From Acinetobacter phage Presley: a stretch of 64,000 bases of DNA. The notes under the pieces were generated by a model. The model saw nothing but the letters and a program-made list of their open reading frames with translations. It was not told where the DNA came from and made no database searches. Below are positions 17,024-27,349 of the stretch, piece after piece (the first letter of the stretch is position 1; each line of letters starts with the position of its first letter). The stretch lies in the sequence record KF669658.1; one strand, written 5' to 3'. Both the position numbers and the translations under genes were made by a program.

Positions 17024-20000
17024 TTACCATAGACCCATTCGTACCCTTAACACATTGTTATCATCGTACACAGTAATCAAACTACCTTGCATAACCATAC
17101 GTGCTTTGTTTGGTTGGCTTGGATCTTTATAAGTAACCAATGTACCAAGGTTAGCAGAGATAGCAGATAAACTATCAACCTTTAATTTGGTTGCAGTAAT
17201 AGAACCATCTACAAGAAGCTCACCACCGAATCTACGCTTAACAACTACATCACCAATGTTCCAATATGTAGGGTTAGCTTCATTCTCAGATTGTTCAATC
17301 TGGAAGTATAAAGCACCTGATTTAGCTAAACGTCCTGAACCGTTATTAGTTACAGTAAATGTACGGCGGTAACGATACCATCCACCTTGTACTTGATATA
17401 ACTGTTCAGCAATTCCATATTGCCATGGTGCACTACCTGTTTGACCCCAATCATCATATACCCATAACCCTACACCCAACGGTCGATTAGGGCCATCACC
17501 AAATGCAGCAGTATATTCAATTACAATGGTATCACCCGGTCTTACCGGAATGAGGGCATTAGTATTACCAATATGATCACGACCGGATAACTGCATACCG
17601 TAACCTCCAAGTTCAGTAATATTAGCAATCATGACTGCTTTACCATTACTTAATACCGGACCATTAGGGTCAAAGTATCGATTAGGCCATAGGTTATCAG
17701 TAAGACCTAATGTCATCTTATCTGCAGAAATACTACCTGCTCTAATACGTGCAGCATCAATATAACCAGAAGTAATCTTACCTGCATCCAAAGTAGTAAT
17801 CTTGGCATTAGTAATAGACGCATCAGCGATATGTGCAGTACCAATGGTTGCATTAGCAATCATGGCTACATCAATCCAAGTACCTGCAGGATATGTAGTT
17901 CCACCAATGGTCTGTGGACTGGTTAATACCATGAATGGTTTTTTACCATTGGTTGCAGTAGTGCCTTTACCTACATAGAAGTAATCAGCATTTACACCAA
18001 ACGCACCTACACCATCTTGGTTGTATACACCATACGAAGTAACCAATCCATTAACATCAGTCTTAACTACATATGAAGCTGCTAACCCATCTACTACACG
18101 TCCTTGTGTAACTAATGATGCAGAGTTATTACCTACATCAATTTGTAATTGAGTAACAGCCTGTGCATTGAGAGAAGCTTTATTATCTACCTGCCCTACA
18201 TATACAGATAGATCCTGTACAGCTTTAGCTTCTGCTTTCTGTCCTAAAGAGTTAAGGATATCCTTTGTAGGGCATGTCCAAACACTCCAAGTTTCACTTC
18301 CAGGATTACCCTCAGAAAAGCGATAAGCTACTTCTGTACCATCTCCATTGGTTGCTACCTGTTGTACAGCACCACCTGACTTATCACCCCAAGGAGTAAT
18401 AGTCTGTAAGTTACAGTACATAGAACTGATTAAGTTATTCACCCCAATAGTAGATGTAAGTTTAAATTCATTTACTGTTCTAAATGGATAAGTAGAACGG
18501 TAATACTCTGGTGCAAAATTATCGTAACGGGTATCTCTAATACTAACGATATTATTAATATTACTAATACTTGCATTAACGTTAGTTATTGCATTGGCAT
18601 TGGTTACGATATCACGTCCATTCTGTTTTACTTCTGCATTGAGTGTATTCAGTGCATCCGCAGTAGCAAACTTAGATTCATCAATTGATGGGGCACCTGC
18701 TAAACCAGAAGGAACACCACCAATAAGAGATAGGGGATATTTAATCCAATCATTCTGCACTGACGAAGTAAACATATGGCAGATACCAGTACCAGTAGCT
18801 GCTCCTTTACGTGAAGTAAAGATAGGTAATCGATTATTACCCCACTTATCAAAGTAATCTCCAGTACCCCCATTAGCAATGATAGTGTTACGTAGTTGAA
18901 CAACATAATTATTGTTTGGAATAAACCATCCAATATTATCATTACCTACAAGAGTAAAATAATACTCGTTAGGGATATTATTATTAATATAGTTAGCACA
19001 CGCTAACATTGCATCTACACCTTGACCGTATGTATCAAAGATAGCAGTGTCATATAACTTACCATCAGGTCCATAAACCCAAATGGTTAGACCACGGCCC
19101 ATTACACCTACCCGGCTACCTTGGCTGTCAATTAAACCAAAAGGCCCCGGACCAGCAGATGAACCATTACGGAAAGTAGAAATAATATAATCAACACGTG
19201 TAGCTAAAGTAGCTTTAACGTTATTAATAGATTGGCTATTGATAGTAATATTATTCTCAGTTTGTTCAACACGACCTGCTAGTAAACGAGTAGCATCAAA
19301 CAATCCAGTAATATTACCTTCTGCAGTATTAACACGTCCTGTAAGATTTGTAAGATCAGAAGCTGTAGAAGTAATCTTACCTTCTACACGTTCAACACCT
19401 GCACGGTTTTCAGCAATAGATGCAGCAGTAGCATCTAAACGTGCCTGTGTTTCTTCTGCAGATTCAGACCAATCAGAACCAATTAAACCACGTTCTAATT
19501 TAACCTCAGATATTAGGATTTGAGTACCACTTGGCATGTTAGGCCCAAGATACATAACCAGATTGATTACATCATCTACTGCATAGCCTTTAACTGTATA
19601 ACGTTTCCATTCATTAGTTACTTTAATATAGCTACTATCAGGTTCTATTAATCTGACACCCTCAGTCATCAGGGATAATACTTCTGTACCATTATCGCCA
19701 TAGGCCCAAATAGAACATGTTAGTGGTTCGCCTGCTTTAAACTTACCAGAAACACGTTGGTACATTCCTGCACCAGCGCTACCATTAATCTGCCACATAG
19801 CCTTACGACCATTAGGAGGCCATGCGATATTAGGCCATTCTTCCTTTTTAATTAATGCAGTAAAGCCATTATTACCAATCCAAGCTCCATGGTTGTAATC
19901 ATCTAATGCTGACTCCTTCAATAAATTCATATTGCCTGAGTACAGTGAAGCAGTAAGTTTGGTATTAGATAAAGCAATAGCGTTATCCACATCCTGTTTA

Positions 20001-23000
20001 GTTTGTAAACCAACTAAAGCAGATGAATCAGCCTTTTTAAGTAAGTCGCCTTCAACAGTACCAACACGTCCGGCTAATGTAGTTACTGAATTATTGACGT
20101 TGGTTACACGACCATCTACTAAATTAATCTCGCTTGATAGTGTTTGGTTTACATCAGACTGTGCAGTCCAGTCGCGCATATAGTCATAAGCAGATGGAAA
20201 CCAGTTAGTAGCAGAACCAAATTCACCACGTACAAGAACAGCCCAATAAACAGTAGCTACTGTATTATCGGATACACCAGAAGCATGATTTAATAAATAG
20301 AAATTAACAGCCTGCTCACTTGCGTGCTGTCCTACAATAAACGTACCTTTTATAATCTGTTTATCACCATTAACAGGGAAAGCAGCGGATACAATTCCTT
20401 CCCATCCACCCCCTGCATACGGTACAAGAACGGTAGTTTGATCTCGTGATTCACGTCTATGTTCAGCACAATAGATAAGAGTATACTTCTCACCAATAAT
20501 CCAAGGTTCACCTAACTCATAATAAGCATGGGGATACCCCCCTTCTACATAAGGTTGAACCTTATTAGATTTAATTAAGATGTTTTGAGAACTCTTAGAC
20601 AACACACTTAGATTATTAGTAATTGAGTTAATCATATTAGTGTTAGAACTAATATCTTGCTCAGTCTGAGTTACACGATTATCAATAATCTGTACAGCAC
20701 TTGTTTCTGCTTTAGATTCAACCTTACCTTCAACAATATTAAGACTGTTCTCTAAGATGTCAGTCTTATTGGTTAAGGTAGTAATACCATCTTTGTTTTG
20801 GTTTACCTGTGTAGTAAGTGATTCAACAATTTTAGCTTGACCATTTACAAGCTTAATATCATCAGCAATCTCTAATGACATGTAATCCAATAAAGTAGTA
20901 GATGTACCTCCTTCATTAGCAATAAATATCGGAGCAATATAAGCAGCGTGTGCCATTAATTGACTTGGACTATCTAGCGTACCGTTACCTGCAGCTACGC
21001 CAGATAAAGAACGACCAGATAGATAAAATTCACGTTCAATCCATTGCCCTACTGGCGGTTGAAGTGCATAGATCATATAGAAAGATGATGCAGGACCATC
21101 TGGAACTAACACACCATCACTATTTACATATGCAGTCTTATCCGCATTCTTAGCTGCTACACCAAAATAGAATGAAGCTGTACCTGCTGTGGTTTCATAT
21201 ACACAAAAACGTACTCGTAAACGGTACATACGTTTAGGATCAAATAATAAGAAACGGGATGAATGAACCCATATGTTATCTGTACCTGAATTATTACCCA
21301 TAACAATATAATTAGTATTACTTGCAGTGGTACTTTCAGTCTTACCTAAATAACCTGGGGTGTTATAGTTACGTGTTAAATCATTTGTTAAATCAGATCC
21401 ACCATTAATAAGAATAGCGTTAGTAGCCTGATTAATAGATGCATCCAATGAAACAAGTTTATCTTGCTGTGCTTTAATAGCCTCTTTGTTTATGGTTACT
21501 TGGTTATTAATCGTATCTACATACGTAGTATCCGCTTTCTTAGCAATATCCTTTTCAGCTTGGGTAACTGAATTGCGGATAGTTACAATATCTGCAGTAT
21601 TAGAATCAACTGAATCTTTAAGTACAGTAACCTTGTTATCAATAGTTTCTACATAAGATGCATCAGCTTTATTGGCTATGTCTTTACCAATCTGTACTAC
21701 AGAATTCTCAAGCGTATTAACACGTCCACCAAGTGAATTAATACCATCACTATTCTGGATGACCTGAATAGTTAAATCAGCTAATGCTTTAGCATCAGCC
21801 TTATTAGTCATATCACCTTGGATAGTATTAATATCTGCTTTAATGTCAGTGATTGAACTCGCAATAGTAGCTATCTCGTCAGTGTTTTGTTTAGAGGTAA
21901 TCTTTAAACCATCAATAGCTTGACCATGCGTAGCAATTGTATTCTCAGCATTATTTAGATCAGTTTGAACATTAGTCAGAATACCTGACATACTTGTGAC
22001 TTCATCACCAACTGTTTTAAGTTCTGCAGACATATCCTGCAATGCTTTAGCGTTGGCATTAATATCAAGCTTAGCATTAGCCATGTCTGCTTCTACAGCA
22101 GCTACCTTATCTGCAGTAACATTATTAGCATCAATAGCAATATTGGCTTTATCAAGCGCTAAAGCTGAATTAGTGATAGCCTGTTGGGTATCTGTATCCA
22201 AGGTATTAACACGACCATCTAATACAGTTACAGCATTAGCAGTTGAAGCAGACTCTGCAGCTACTACTTCAATGCTACGTTGAACATTAGCCAAGGTACC
22301 ATCAGTAGATGCTTTGTAATTATCAAATGCATTAGTGATAGACGTGTCACCATCAATACGATGTTGGATCTCTTGAGTTAAACCGTCTTTAAGTAAGTCG
22401 ATTTGTTTTAATCGCTCTTGGGTTTCCTCATCAATACTTGCCCATACGTCAGTCAGCTTCTCTTCAATTTCAGCAGACCTGTCGGCTGCTTCTTGAAGAA
22501 GCTGAGCTTGACGTATACGTGCTTCACGTTGTATTGCTTCAATACGTTCTGTGGATTCAGTAAGAATACGTTGAACCATTTCAGCTTGTGATACACGAAT
22601 ACTTTCAGCAGTATTATTAGCAAGGTTAATGGCATCTTCTTGTTGCTTTTTGACTTGTGCTAATAAGTCTTTTTGAAGTTGGTCTATATCTTCAATATTA
22701 CCTGCAAGAAGTTTATCCAATTCTTGAATAACAGGTGCACTAGATAATTGCTCAATTGCTTTATCAATGATGTCTTTCTCATTGGGTAAACGATCTTGGA
22801 AATCTTTTAATGCATCATCTACAGTTTGTTGGTTTTGATCTTTATAGTTCTTGAACTGTCTTAGGATTTCTAAATCCCATTGACGAGCCTGTGACAAGAT
22901 AGTCCAAGCACCGAACTGAATCTCACCATTATCCATAGTGATTTGTGCACTATCCATAGTGATATCACTAAGCATGTGCTCATAGTTCTTAACACGTTCA

Positions 23001-23425
23001 TTAATCTCATCGTATTGGGCTTTACGATCTACAACCTCTTTATCAATCTTACGATTAAGGTTTAGTTCAATACTTGCAAATGAAGTTTCAGCCATAGAAA
23101 TACGATGACGTAGTTCTGTGATATCTATTTCATGTTCAGCAACCAATGATGTAATACGTGTACTGAAATCAATAGTGAATTCAGTAAGATTACCATTTAG
23201 TAATTCATATAACTGTTGTTGACGCAAATCCCCTGCTTCACGGTCAATTACTTCTTGTGACAGACCTGATGCATTTACGTGTGTATTATTCTCTACCGCT
23301 TTAACACTATTGGATACTGCTTCATCCCCTGCAGTTCGCATAGTGTTTGCATCTTCAATGGCTTCCCATATCCGAGCATGATCGCCATCCAGTAAGGATT
23401 GGTTAATTTGATCTAAGTCACTCAT
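17024..23425 (-). CDS. giant tail fibre protein (2133 aa)
   Basis: About 900 aa of N-terminal heptad-like coiled coil with tandem repeats (KDIANKADASYVETIDNKVTV / KDIAKKADTTYVDTINNQVTI). The C-terminal region is rich in G/T/N beta-type sequence. Largest gene in the island. Confidence 0.65.
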   Translation of the reverse strand: MSDLDQINQSLLDGDHARIWEAIEDANTMRTAGDEAVSNSVKAVENNTHVNASGLSQEVIDREAGDLRQQQLYELLNGNLTEFTIDFSTRITSLVAEHEIDITELRHRISMAETSFASIELNLNRKIDKEVVDRKAQYDEINERVKNYEHMLSDITMDSAQITMDNGEIQFGAWTILSQARQWDLEILRQFKNYKDQNQQTVDDALKDFQDRLPNEKDIIDKAIEQLSSAPVIQELDKLLAGNIEDIDQLQKDLLAQVKKQQEDAINLANNTAESIRVSQAEMVQRILTESTERIEAIQREARIRQAQLLQEAADRSAEIEEKLTDVWASIDEETQERLKQIDLLKDGLTQEIQHRIDGDTSITNAFDNYKASTDGTLANVQRSIEVVAAESASTANAVTVLDGRVNTLDTDTQQAITNSALALDKANIAIDANNVTADKVAAVEADMANAKLDINANAKALQDMSAELKTVGDEVTSMSGILTNVQTDLNNAENTIATHGQAIDGLKITSKQNTDEIATIASSITDIKADINTIQGDMTNKADAKALADLTIQVIQNSDGINSLGGRVNTLENSVVQIGKDIANKADASYVETIDNKVTVLKDSVDSNTADIVTIRNSVTQAEKDIAKKADTTYVDTINNQVTINKEAIKAQQDKLVSLDASINQATNAILINGGSDLTNDLTRNYNTPGYLGKTESTTASNTNYIVMGNNSGTDNIWVHSSRFLLFDPKRMYRLRVRFCVYETTAGTASFYFGVAAKNADKTAYVNSDGVLVPDGPASSFYMIYALQPPVGQWIEREFYLSGRSLSGVAAGNGTLDSPSQLMAHAAYIAPIFIANEGGTSTTLLDYMSLEIADDIKLVNGQAKIVESLTTQVNQNKDGITTLTNKTDILENSLNIVEGKVESKAETSAVQIIDNRVTQTEQDISSNTNMINSITNNLSVLSKSSQNILIKSNKVQPYVEGGYPHAYYELGEPWIIGEKYTLIYCAEHRRESRDQTTVLVPYAGGGWEGIVSAAFPVNGDKQIIKGTFIVGQHASEQAVNFYLLNHASGVSDNTVATVYWAVLVRGEFGSATNWFPSAYDYMRDWTAQSDVNQTLSSEINLVDGRVTNVNNSVTTLAGRVGTVEGDLLKKADSSALVGLQTKQDVDNAIALSNTKLTASLYSGNMNLLKESALDDYNHGAWIGNNGFTALIKKEEWPNIAWPPNGRKAMWQINGSAGAGMYQRVSGKFKAGEPLTCSIWAYGDNGTEVLSLMTEGVRLIEPDSSYIKVTNEWKRYTVKGYAVDDVINLVMYLGPNMPSGTQILISEVKLERGLIGSDWSESAEETQARLDATAASIAENRAGVERVEGKITSTASDLTNLTGRVNTAEGNITGLFDATRLLAGRVEQTENNITINSQSINNVKATLATRVDYIISTFRNGSSAGPGPFGLIDSQGSRVGVMGRGLTIWVYGPDGKLYDTAIFDTYGQGVDAMLACANYINNNIPNEYYFTLVGNDNIGWFIPNNNYVVQLRNTIIANGGTGDYFDKWGNNRLPIFTSRKGAATGTGICHMFTSSVQNDWIKYPLSLIGGVPSGLAGAPSIDESKFATADALNTLNAEVKQNGRDIVTNANAITNVNASISNINNIVSIRDTRYDNFAPEYYRSTYPFRTVNEFKLTSTIGVNNLISSMYCNLQTITPWGDKSGGAVQQVATNGDGTEVAYRFSEGNPGSETWSVWTCPTKDILNSLGQKAEAKAVQDLSVYVGQVDNKASLNAQAVTQLQIDVGNNSASLVTQGRVVDGLAASYVVKTDVNGLVTSYGVYNQDGVGAFGVNADYFYVGKGTTATNGKKPFMVLTSPQTIGGTTYPAGTWIDVAMIANATIGTAHIADASITNAKITTLDAGKITSGYIDAARIRAGSISADKMTLGLTDNLWPNRYFDPNGPVLSNGKAVMIANITELGGYGMQLSGRDHIGNTNALIPVRPGDTIVIEYTAAFGDGPNRPLGVGLWVYDDWGQTGSAPWQYGIAEQLYQVQGGWYRYRRTFTVTNNGSGRLAKSGALYFQIEQSENEANPTYWNIGDVVVKRRFGGELLVDGSITATKLKVDSLSAISANLGTLVTYKDPSQPNKARMVMQGSLITVYDDNNVLRVRMGLW
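21480..21730 (-). repeat. tandem ~114-nt (38-aa) coding repeats inside the fibre gene
   Basis: Two adjacent near-copies are visible at DNA level (atcgtatctacatacgtagtatccgctttcttagc / atagtttctacataagatgcatcagctttattggc). Confidence 0.6.
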
Positions 23426-23476
23426 CTGAACACCTCATTAATTCTGTTTGGATTATAGGGTGTTTTTTAATTAAGT

Positions 23477-23491
23477 GGGCATTCCTTGCCC
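23477..23491 (+). promoter_or_regulatory. conserved regulatory hairpin GGGCA-uuccu-UGCCC upstream of thyA
   Basis: Context AGTGGGCATTCCTTGCCCT...TATAGGAG-N6-ATG. Near-identical copy at 31132-31146 with a compensatory A:U to G:C change. Confidence 0.5.
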
Positions 23492-23520
23492 TTTAATGGT
23501 TTTATTTATAGGAGTAAACC

Positions 23521-24498
23521 ATGACTAAGTATTTTCCCGGTAATAGACAGCTTGCTGACTATACGTATTTGCGCTTACTTGAAAAGCTTGTAACCAAAGC
23601 AGAAGCAGAAGGCCACACACCTGAACGTACTGGCACTGGTGCAACCAATATCTTTGGTGCACAAATGCGCTTTGACTTGGAATATGCATTTCCAATCTTG
23701 ACAACTAAAGCAGTACATTGGCATTCAATTGTTACTGAATTACTTTGGTTCTTACGTGGTGACACTAATATCCAATACCTCATTCAAAACAATGTACGTA
23801 TCTGGACTGATTGGCCTTTAAAAAAATTCAATGATTACCGTGCTCAATTAGGTAAACGTGAAGTATCTGCACAAGAGTTTGAAGAATGTATTCGTACAGA
23901 CAACGACTTCGCTAAATCATGGGGTGACATTGGTAAAGCCTATGGGCATCAATGGCGTAACTTTGGTGAGGTATTAGAACCAATTAATCCAAAGTATCCA
24001 GATGAACATATACATGTACATCAACGTGGCTTTGATCAGATTGATTGGGTTATTAATGAAATTAAAACTAACCCTACATCACGCCGTCTAATTGTCAATG
24101 GATGGAATCCACATGAAGTAGATAAGGCAGCATTGCCACCTTGTCATACATTGTTCCAGTTCTTTGTAGAGAATGGAAAACTAAGCTGTCAGTTATATCA
24201 ACGTAGTGCTGATTTCTTCTTAGGTGTTCCATTTAATATTGCAAGCTATGCGTTGCTTACACATATCGTAGCTGCAGAATGTGGATTAGAAGTTGGTGAA
24301 TTTGTCTGGACTGGTGGTGTAGTTCACCTGTACAGTAATCACCTTGAGCAAGCTAAAAAACAATTAAGTCGTCCACCTGAAAATACTCCACGCCTAAAAG
24401 AGTTTGTAGCTTTGCCATTTGATGAATATAATCCCGCTGACTTTCAGCTAGAAAATTATCATCCAAGAGAAAAAATCCCTGCACCCGTAGCGGTGTAA
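23521..24498 (+). CDS. thyA: thymidylate synthase
   Basis: [18 protein letters not shown], active-site [12 protein letters not shown], [19 protein letters not shown]. Contains insertions relative to E. coli ThyA. Confidence 0.9.
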   Translation: MTKYFPGNRQLADYTYLRLLEKLVTKAEAEGHTPERTGTGATNIFGAQMRFDLEYAFPILTTKAVHWHSIVTELLWFLRGDTNIQYLIQNNVRIWTDWPLKKFNDYRAQLGKREVSAQEFEECIRTDNDFAKSWGDIGKAYGHQWRNFGEVLEPINPKYPDEHIHVHQRGFDQIDWVINEIKTNPTSRRLIVNGWNPHEVDKAALPPCHTLFQFFVENGKLSCQLYQRSADFFLGVPFNIASYALLTHIVAAECGLEVGEFVWTGGVVHLYSNHLEQAKKQLSRPPENTPRLKEFVALPFDEYNPADFQLENYHPREKIPAPVAV

Positions 24499-24506
24499 TC
24501 CCTAAG

Positions 24507-24537
24507 CCACGTACAAAGTTACGTGGTTTTATTTCAT
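24507..24537 (+). terminator. intrinsic terminator (CCACGTA-caaagt-TACGTGG + TTTTATTT)
   Basis: 7-bp stem plus a U-run after thyA. Confidence 0.65.
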
Positions 24538-24552
24538 GCACTGAGGTAAATA

Positions 24553-25629
24553 ATGTCTACGTCATTAGACCTTCCAAACCCTAATCATAAATATCTAAGT
24601 CAAATCGAAACACCTTCTGAATCTCATGTATATCAATATCCATGGGCAGCAGAAATTGCTATCGATCAATCTAATGTATTCTGGCCTGCAGAAGAATTAG
24701 GTGTTGAACATGATGTGGATGATTTCTTTTCTAAACTTAATCCGGCAGAACAACATGCCTTTATTTATTGGCAGAAAAAACTTACTAAATATGAAGACAT
24801 CATTGGAGGTGATGATCTTTGGGGTGGTAAGGTAGCTCGACTATTCCCTCGCCGTGAAATTGACCGTGCTTGTGCGGTAATCTCAATGGTAGAGAAACAT
24901 TCACATGGCCCATTCTATATGCTCACTAACCAAGTGATCGATCATGCTACAGATGGATTCTATAGTGAATGGCGTAATGACCCTGAACTTTACAAACATA
25001 TTAAATATGTAGTGCAGTGTTCAATGTCAAATAACCCGTTGGAGGTTATGCCTGCTTTAACTGGCTTAGAAGGTATTAATCTTTATTCAGCTTTTGGTTA
25101 CTTCAAATCATATAACTCACGTGGACATAACATCATGTCTCACTTTGTTAGTGGTATTGATGGTTCAGCCAAAGATGAAAACTTCCATGCCATGTTCTCA
25201 GCTAAACTATTTCGTCAATGTAAGTATGAACGCATTCAGTTAGGCAACCATACACCAGAAGAAGAAGAACGTATTGAAGCACTGGTATACGAGATCATCA
25301 CGCATCTTGTAGATCATGAAGATCGTTCTATTGATAATGCATTTGCATTAGATGGTATCGATGGGCATTACATTCGTACTTGTAGTAAAGCTGAACTAAA
25401 ACACTTTGTACGTGACCGTGCAAACATCGTGCTTAACTATCTTGGTTATCCACCAATCTTTAATCAAGAGACTGGTGTGATCTCAAGCCTATTCTATAAC
25501 AACGTTTCTCGTTATAAGCTTTCAGACTTCTTTGCAAATACTCAGTTACAGTACACACGTAATTGGGCACGTCACAAATTAGTATTTAACTCTAACGTAT
25601 TAGTGGAACAAGGTTATGAATCAGTTTGA
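24553..25629 (+). CDS. nrdB: ribonucleotide reductase class I small subunit
   Basis: FWPAEELGVEHDVDDF...EQHAFIYW aligns with E. coli NrdB FWRPEEVDVSRDRIDY...EKHIFISN. EKHSH and DENFH match the E-x-x-H iron ligands. Confidence 0.8.
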   Translation: MSTSLDLPNPNHKYLSQIETPSESHVYQYPWAAEIAIDQSNVFWPAEELGVEHDVDDFFSKLNPAEQHAFIYWQKKLTKYEDIIGGDDLWGGKVARLFPRREIDRACAVISMVEKHSHGPFYMLTNQVIDHATDGFYSEWRNDPELYKHIKYVVQCSMSNNPLEVMPALTGLEGINLYSAFGYFKSYNSRGHNIMSHFVSGIDGSAKDENFHAMFSAKLFRQCKYERIQLGNHTPEEEERIEALVYEIITHLVDHEDRSIDNAFALDGIDGHYIRTCSKAELKHFVRDRANIVLNYLGYPPIFNQETGVISSLFYNNVSRYKLSDFFANTQLQYTRNWARHKLVFNSNVLVEQGYESV

Positions 25630-27349
25630 ACAAGAAGCGCATGATAAAGCACTCGCTGCATACAAAGCTAATAGTGCAGAACGTAAAGAACTACAAGCAA
25701 AAGGTTGGGTACCGATGTGGTACACAACACAAGCATGGCAGATGTTTAAAGAACGTTATGCAGTAGATGGGGAACAAGCTGTACTTGGACGATTCAAAAC
25801 AATCGCACGTGTATTAGCTGCTTATTTACCTGTTAAGTATCAGAAAGAATATGAACAGAAATTCTTTGACTTGATGTGGAATCAAATCTTATCACCTGCT
25901 TCACCTGTGTTAGCCAATACAGGTACAGATCGTGGTATGAATGTATCTTGTTCAGGCCAATACGTAGAAGACTCTGTATGGGGATTCTATGAAGCCATGA
26001 AAGAAACAGCAATGTTATCTAAGTATGGCTTTGGGACCTCCGGTCACTTCTCTGACATTCGTTCACGTAAGTCACCTATCTCAACTGGTGGTACAGCCAA
26101 TGGAGCTAAAGTTGTCATTGATGACTTCTTTACTGCAGCAGCCAAGATTAGTCATGGTGGTATGCGTAAAGGATCATTTGCAGCTTATATTGATATGGAT
26201 TCAGGTGATTATTACGAAGCACTTAACAGCTTACGTACAGATCACAAAGGTAAAAACTACGGTTGGATACTTAAAGATTCATTTATCAATAAGCTTAAAG
26301 CAGGTGATAAAGAAGCTAACCAACGTTGGCAAGATGCATTACACGTTAAGCTATTAACAGGTAAGGGTTACTTATTCTTCCCTGATAAAGCTAACCGCCA
26401 TCGTCCACAAATGTATAAAGATCTTGGCCTTGATATTAAAGCCACGAATCTATGTACTGAAATCATGTTACATAGCAGTTCTGAATATACTTATAGCTGT
26501 ATATTGTCATCTATTAACTTATTCCATTGGGATAAGATTAAAGGTACAGATGCAATCTTTACATCTATGGTTTTCCTAGATTGCCTATGCTCAGACTTCA
26601 TTGCTAAATCAGAAGGGAAGAAAGGTCTTGAGAAGGTTCGTGAATTTACTATTAAAGGTCGCGCTGTCGGTTTGGGCACTATGGGCTTTGCTACTTATCT
26701 GCAAGATCATATGGTTCCTTACGACAGTCTGGAAGCTTCATACTTAAACAAAGAAATGTTCAAGGCACTACATGATGAAACCCTCCGGGCTTCGCAGTGG
26801 CTTGCTCAAGAACTAGGGGAACCAGAATGGTGTAAAGGTTACGGAGTACGTAACACACACCGTACTGCCCAAGCACCGACTAAATCAACCGCTACTCTAA
26901 TGGGTAGTATGTCTGAATCAACCTCACAAGATCCGGGTTGGGTATATACACTAGGTAGCTCAGTAGGCGAACTAGAACGTATTCCACCAGTTATCTTACG
27001 ACTAATGAAAGAACGCGGTGTTTATAACCAAGAAACACTAGATCGCATCATTGCTCACCTTGGCTCAGTCCAACAAGAAGACTGGTTATCAGATGAAGAG
27101 AAGTTAGTATTCCGTAATGCATTTGAAACTGACCCTTGGGCTACATTCCGTATGGCCCGTCAACGTCAGAAGTATTTATGTCAAGGTCAATCAATTAACT
27201 TCTTCTTAGCTGAAACACCTGAATCAGAACAACAGATCTCAGATATCATGTCTGCATGTGTACTAGATGAAGAAATATTATCTCAGTATTACTTGTATAC
27301 ACGATCTGGTGTAACCATTAATGATGAGTGTATAGCTTGTGCTGCATAG
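25616..27349 (+). CDS. nrdA: ribonucleotide reductase class I large subunit (no ATP-cone, 577 aa)
   Basis: Active-site NLCTEI, CSGQY, GGTANGAKVV and a C-terminal Cys pair (CIACAA). Confidence 0.8.
   Translation: MNQFEQEAHDKALAAYKANSAERKELQAKGWVPMWYTTQAWQMFKERYAVDGEQAVLGRFKTIARVLAAYLPVKYQKEYEQKFFDLMWNQILSPASPVLANTGTDRGMNVSCSGQYVEDSVWGFYEAMKETAMLSKYGFGTSGHFSDIRSRKSPISTGGTANGAKVVIDDFFTAAAKISHGGMRKGSFAAYIDMDSGDYYEALNSLRTDHKGKNYGWILKDSFINKLKAGDKEANQRWQDALHVKLLTGKGYLFFPDKANRHRPQMYKDLGLDIKATNLCTEIMLHSSSEYTYSCILSSINLFHWDKIKGTDAIFTSMVFLDCLCSDFIAKSEGKKGLEKVREFTIKGRAVGLGTMGFATYLQDHMVPYDSLEASYLNKEMFKALHDETLRASQWLAQELGEPEWCKGYGVRNTHRTAQAPTKSTATLMGSMSESTSQDPGWVYTLGSSVGELERIPPVILRLMKERGVYNQETLDRIIAHLGSVQQEDWLSDEEKLVFRNAFETDPWATFRMARQRQKYLCQGQSINFFLAETPESEQQISDIMSACVLDEEILSQYYLYTRSGVTINDECIACAA

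Noticed and set aside
17187-22283. Plus-strand ORFs inside the fibre gene (17187..17372, 18594..18857, 19239..19523, 19932..20183, 21996..22283)
   Set aside because: Antisense to the fibre coding sequence. Low-complexity translations, typical shadow ORFs of repeat-rich genes.
26025-26357. Alternative-frame ORF inside nrdA and similar embedded ORFs (7367..7633, 8616..8891, 29174..29941, 34055..34318, 56250..56615)
   Set aside because: Embedded in well-supported genes in other frames or strands, with no independent start signals. The 56250-56615 ones are artefacts of the poly-acidic codon repeats in the scaffold-like gene.
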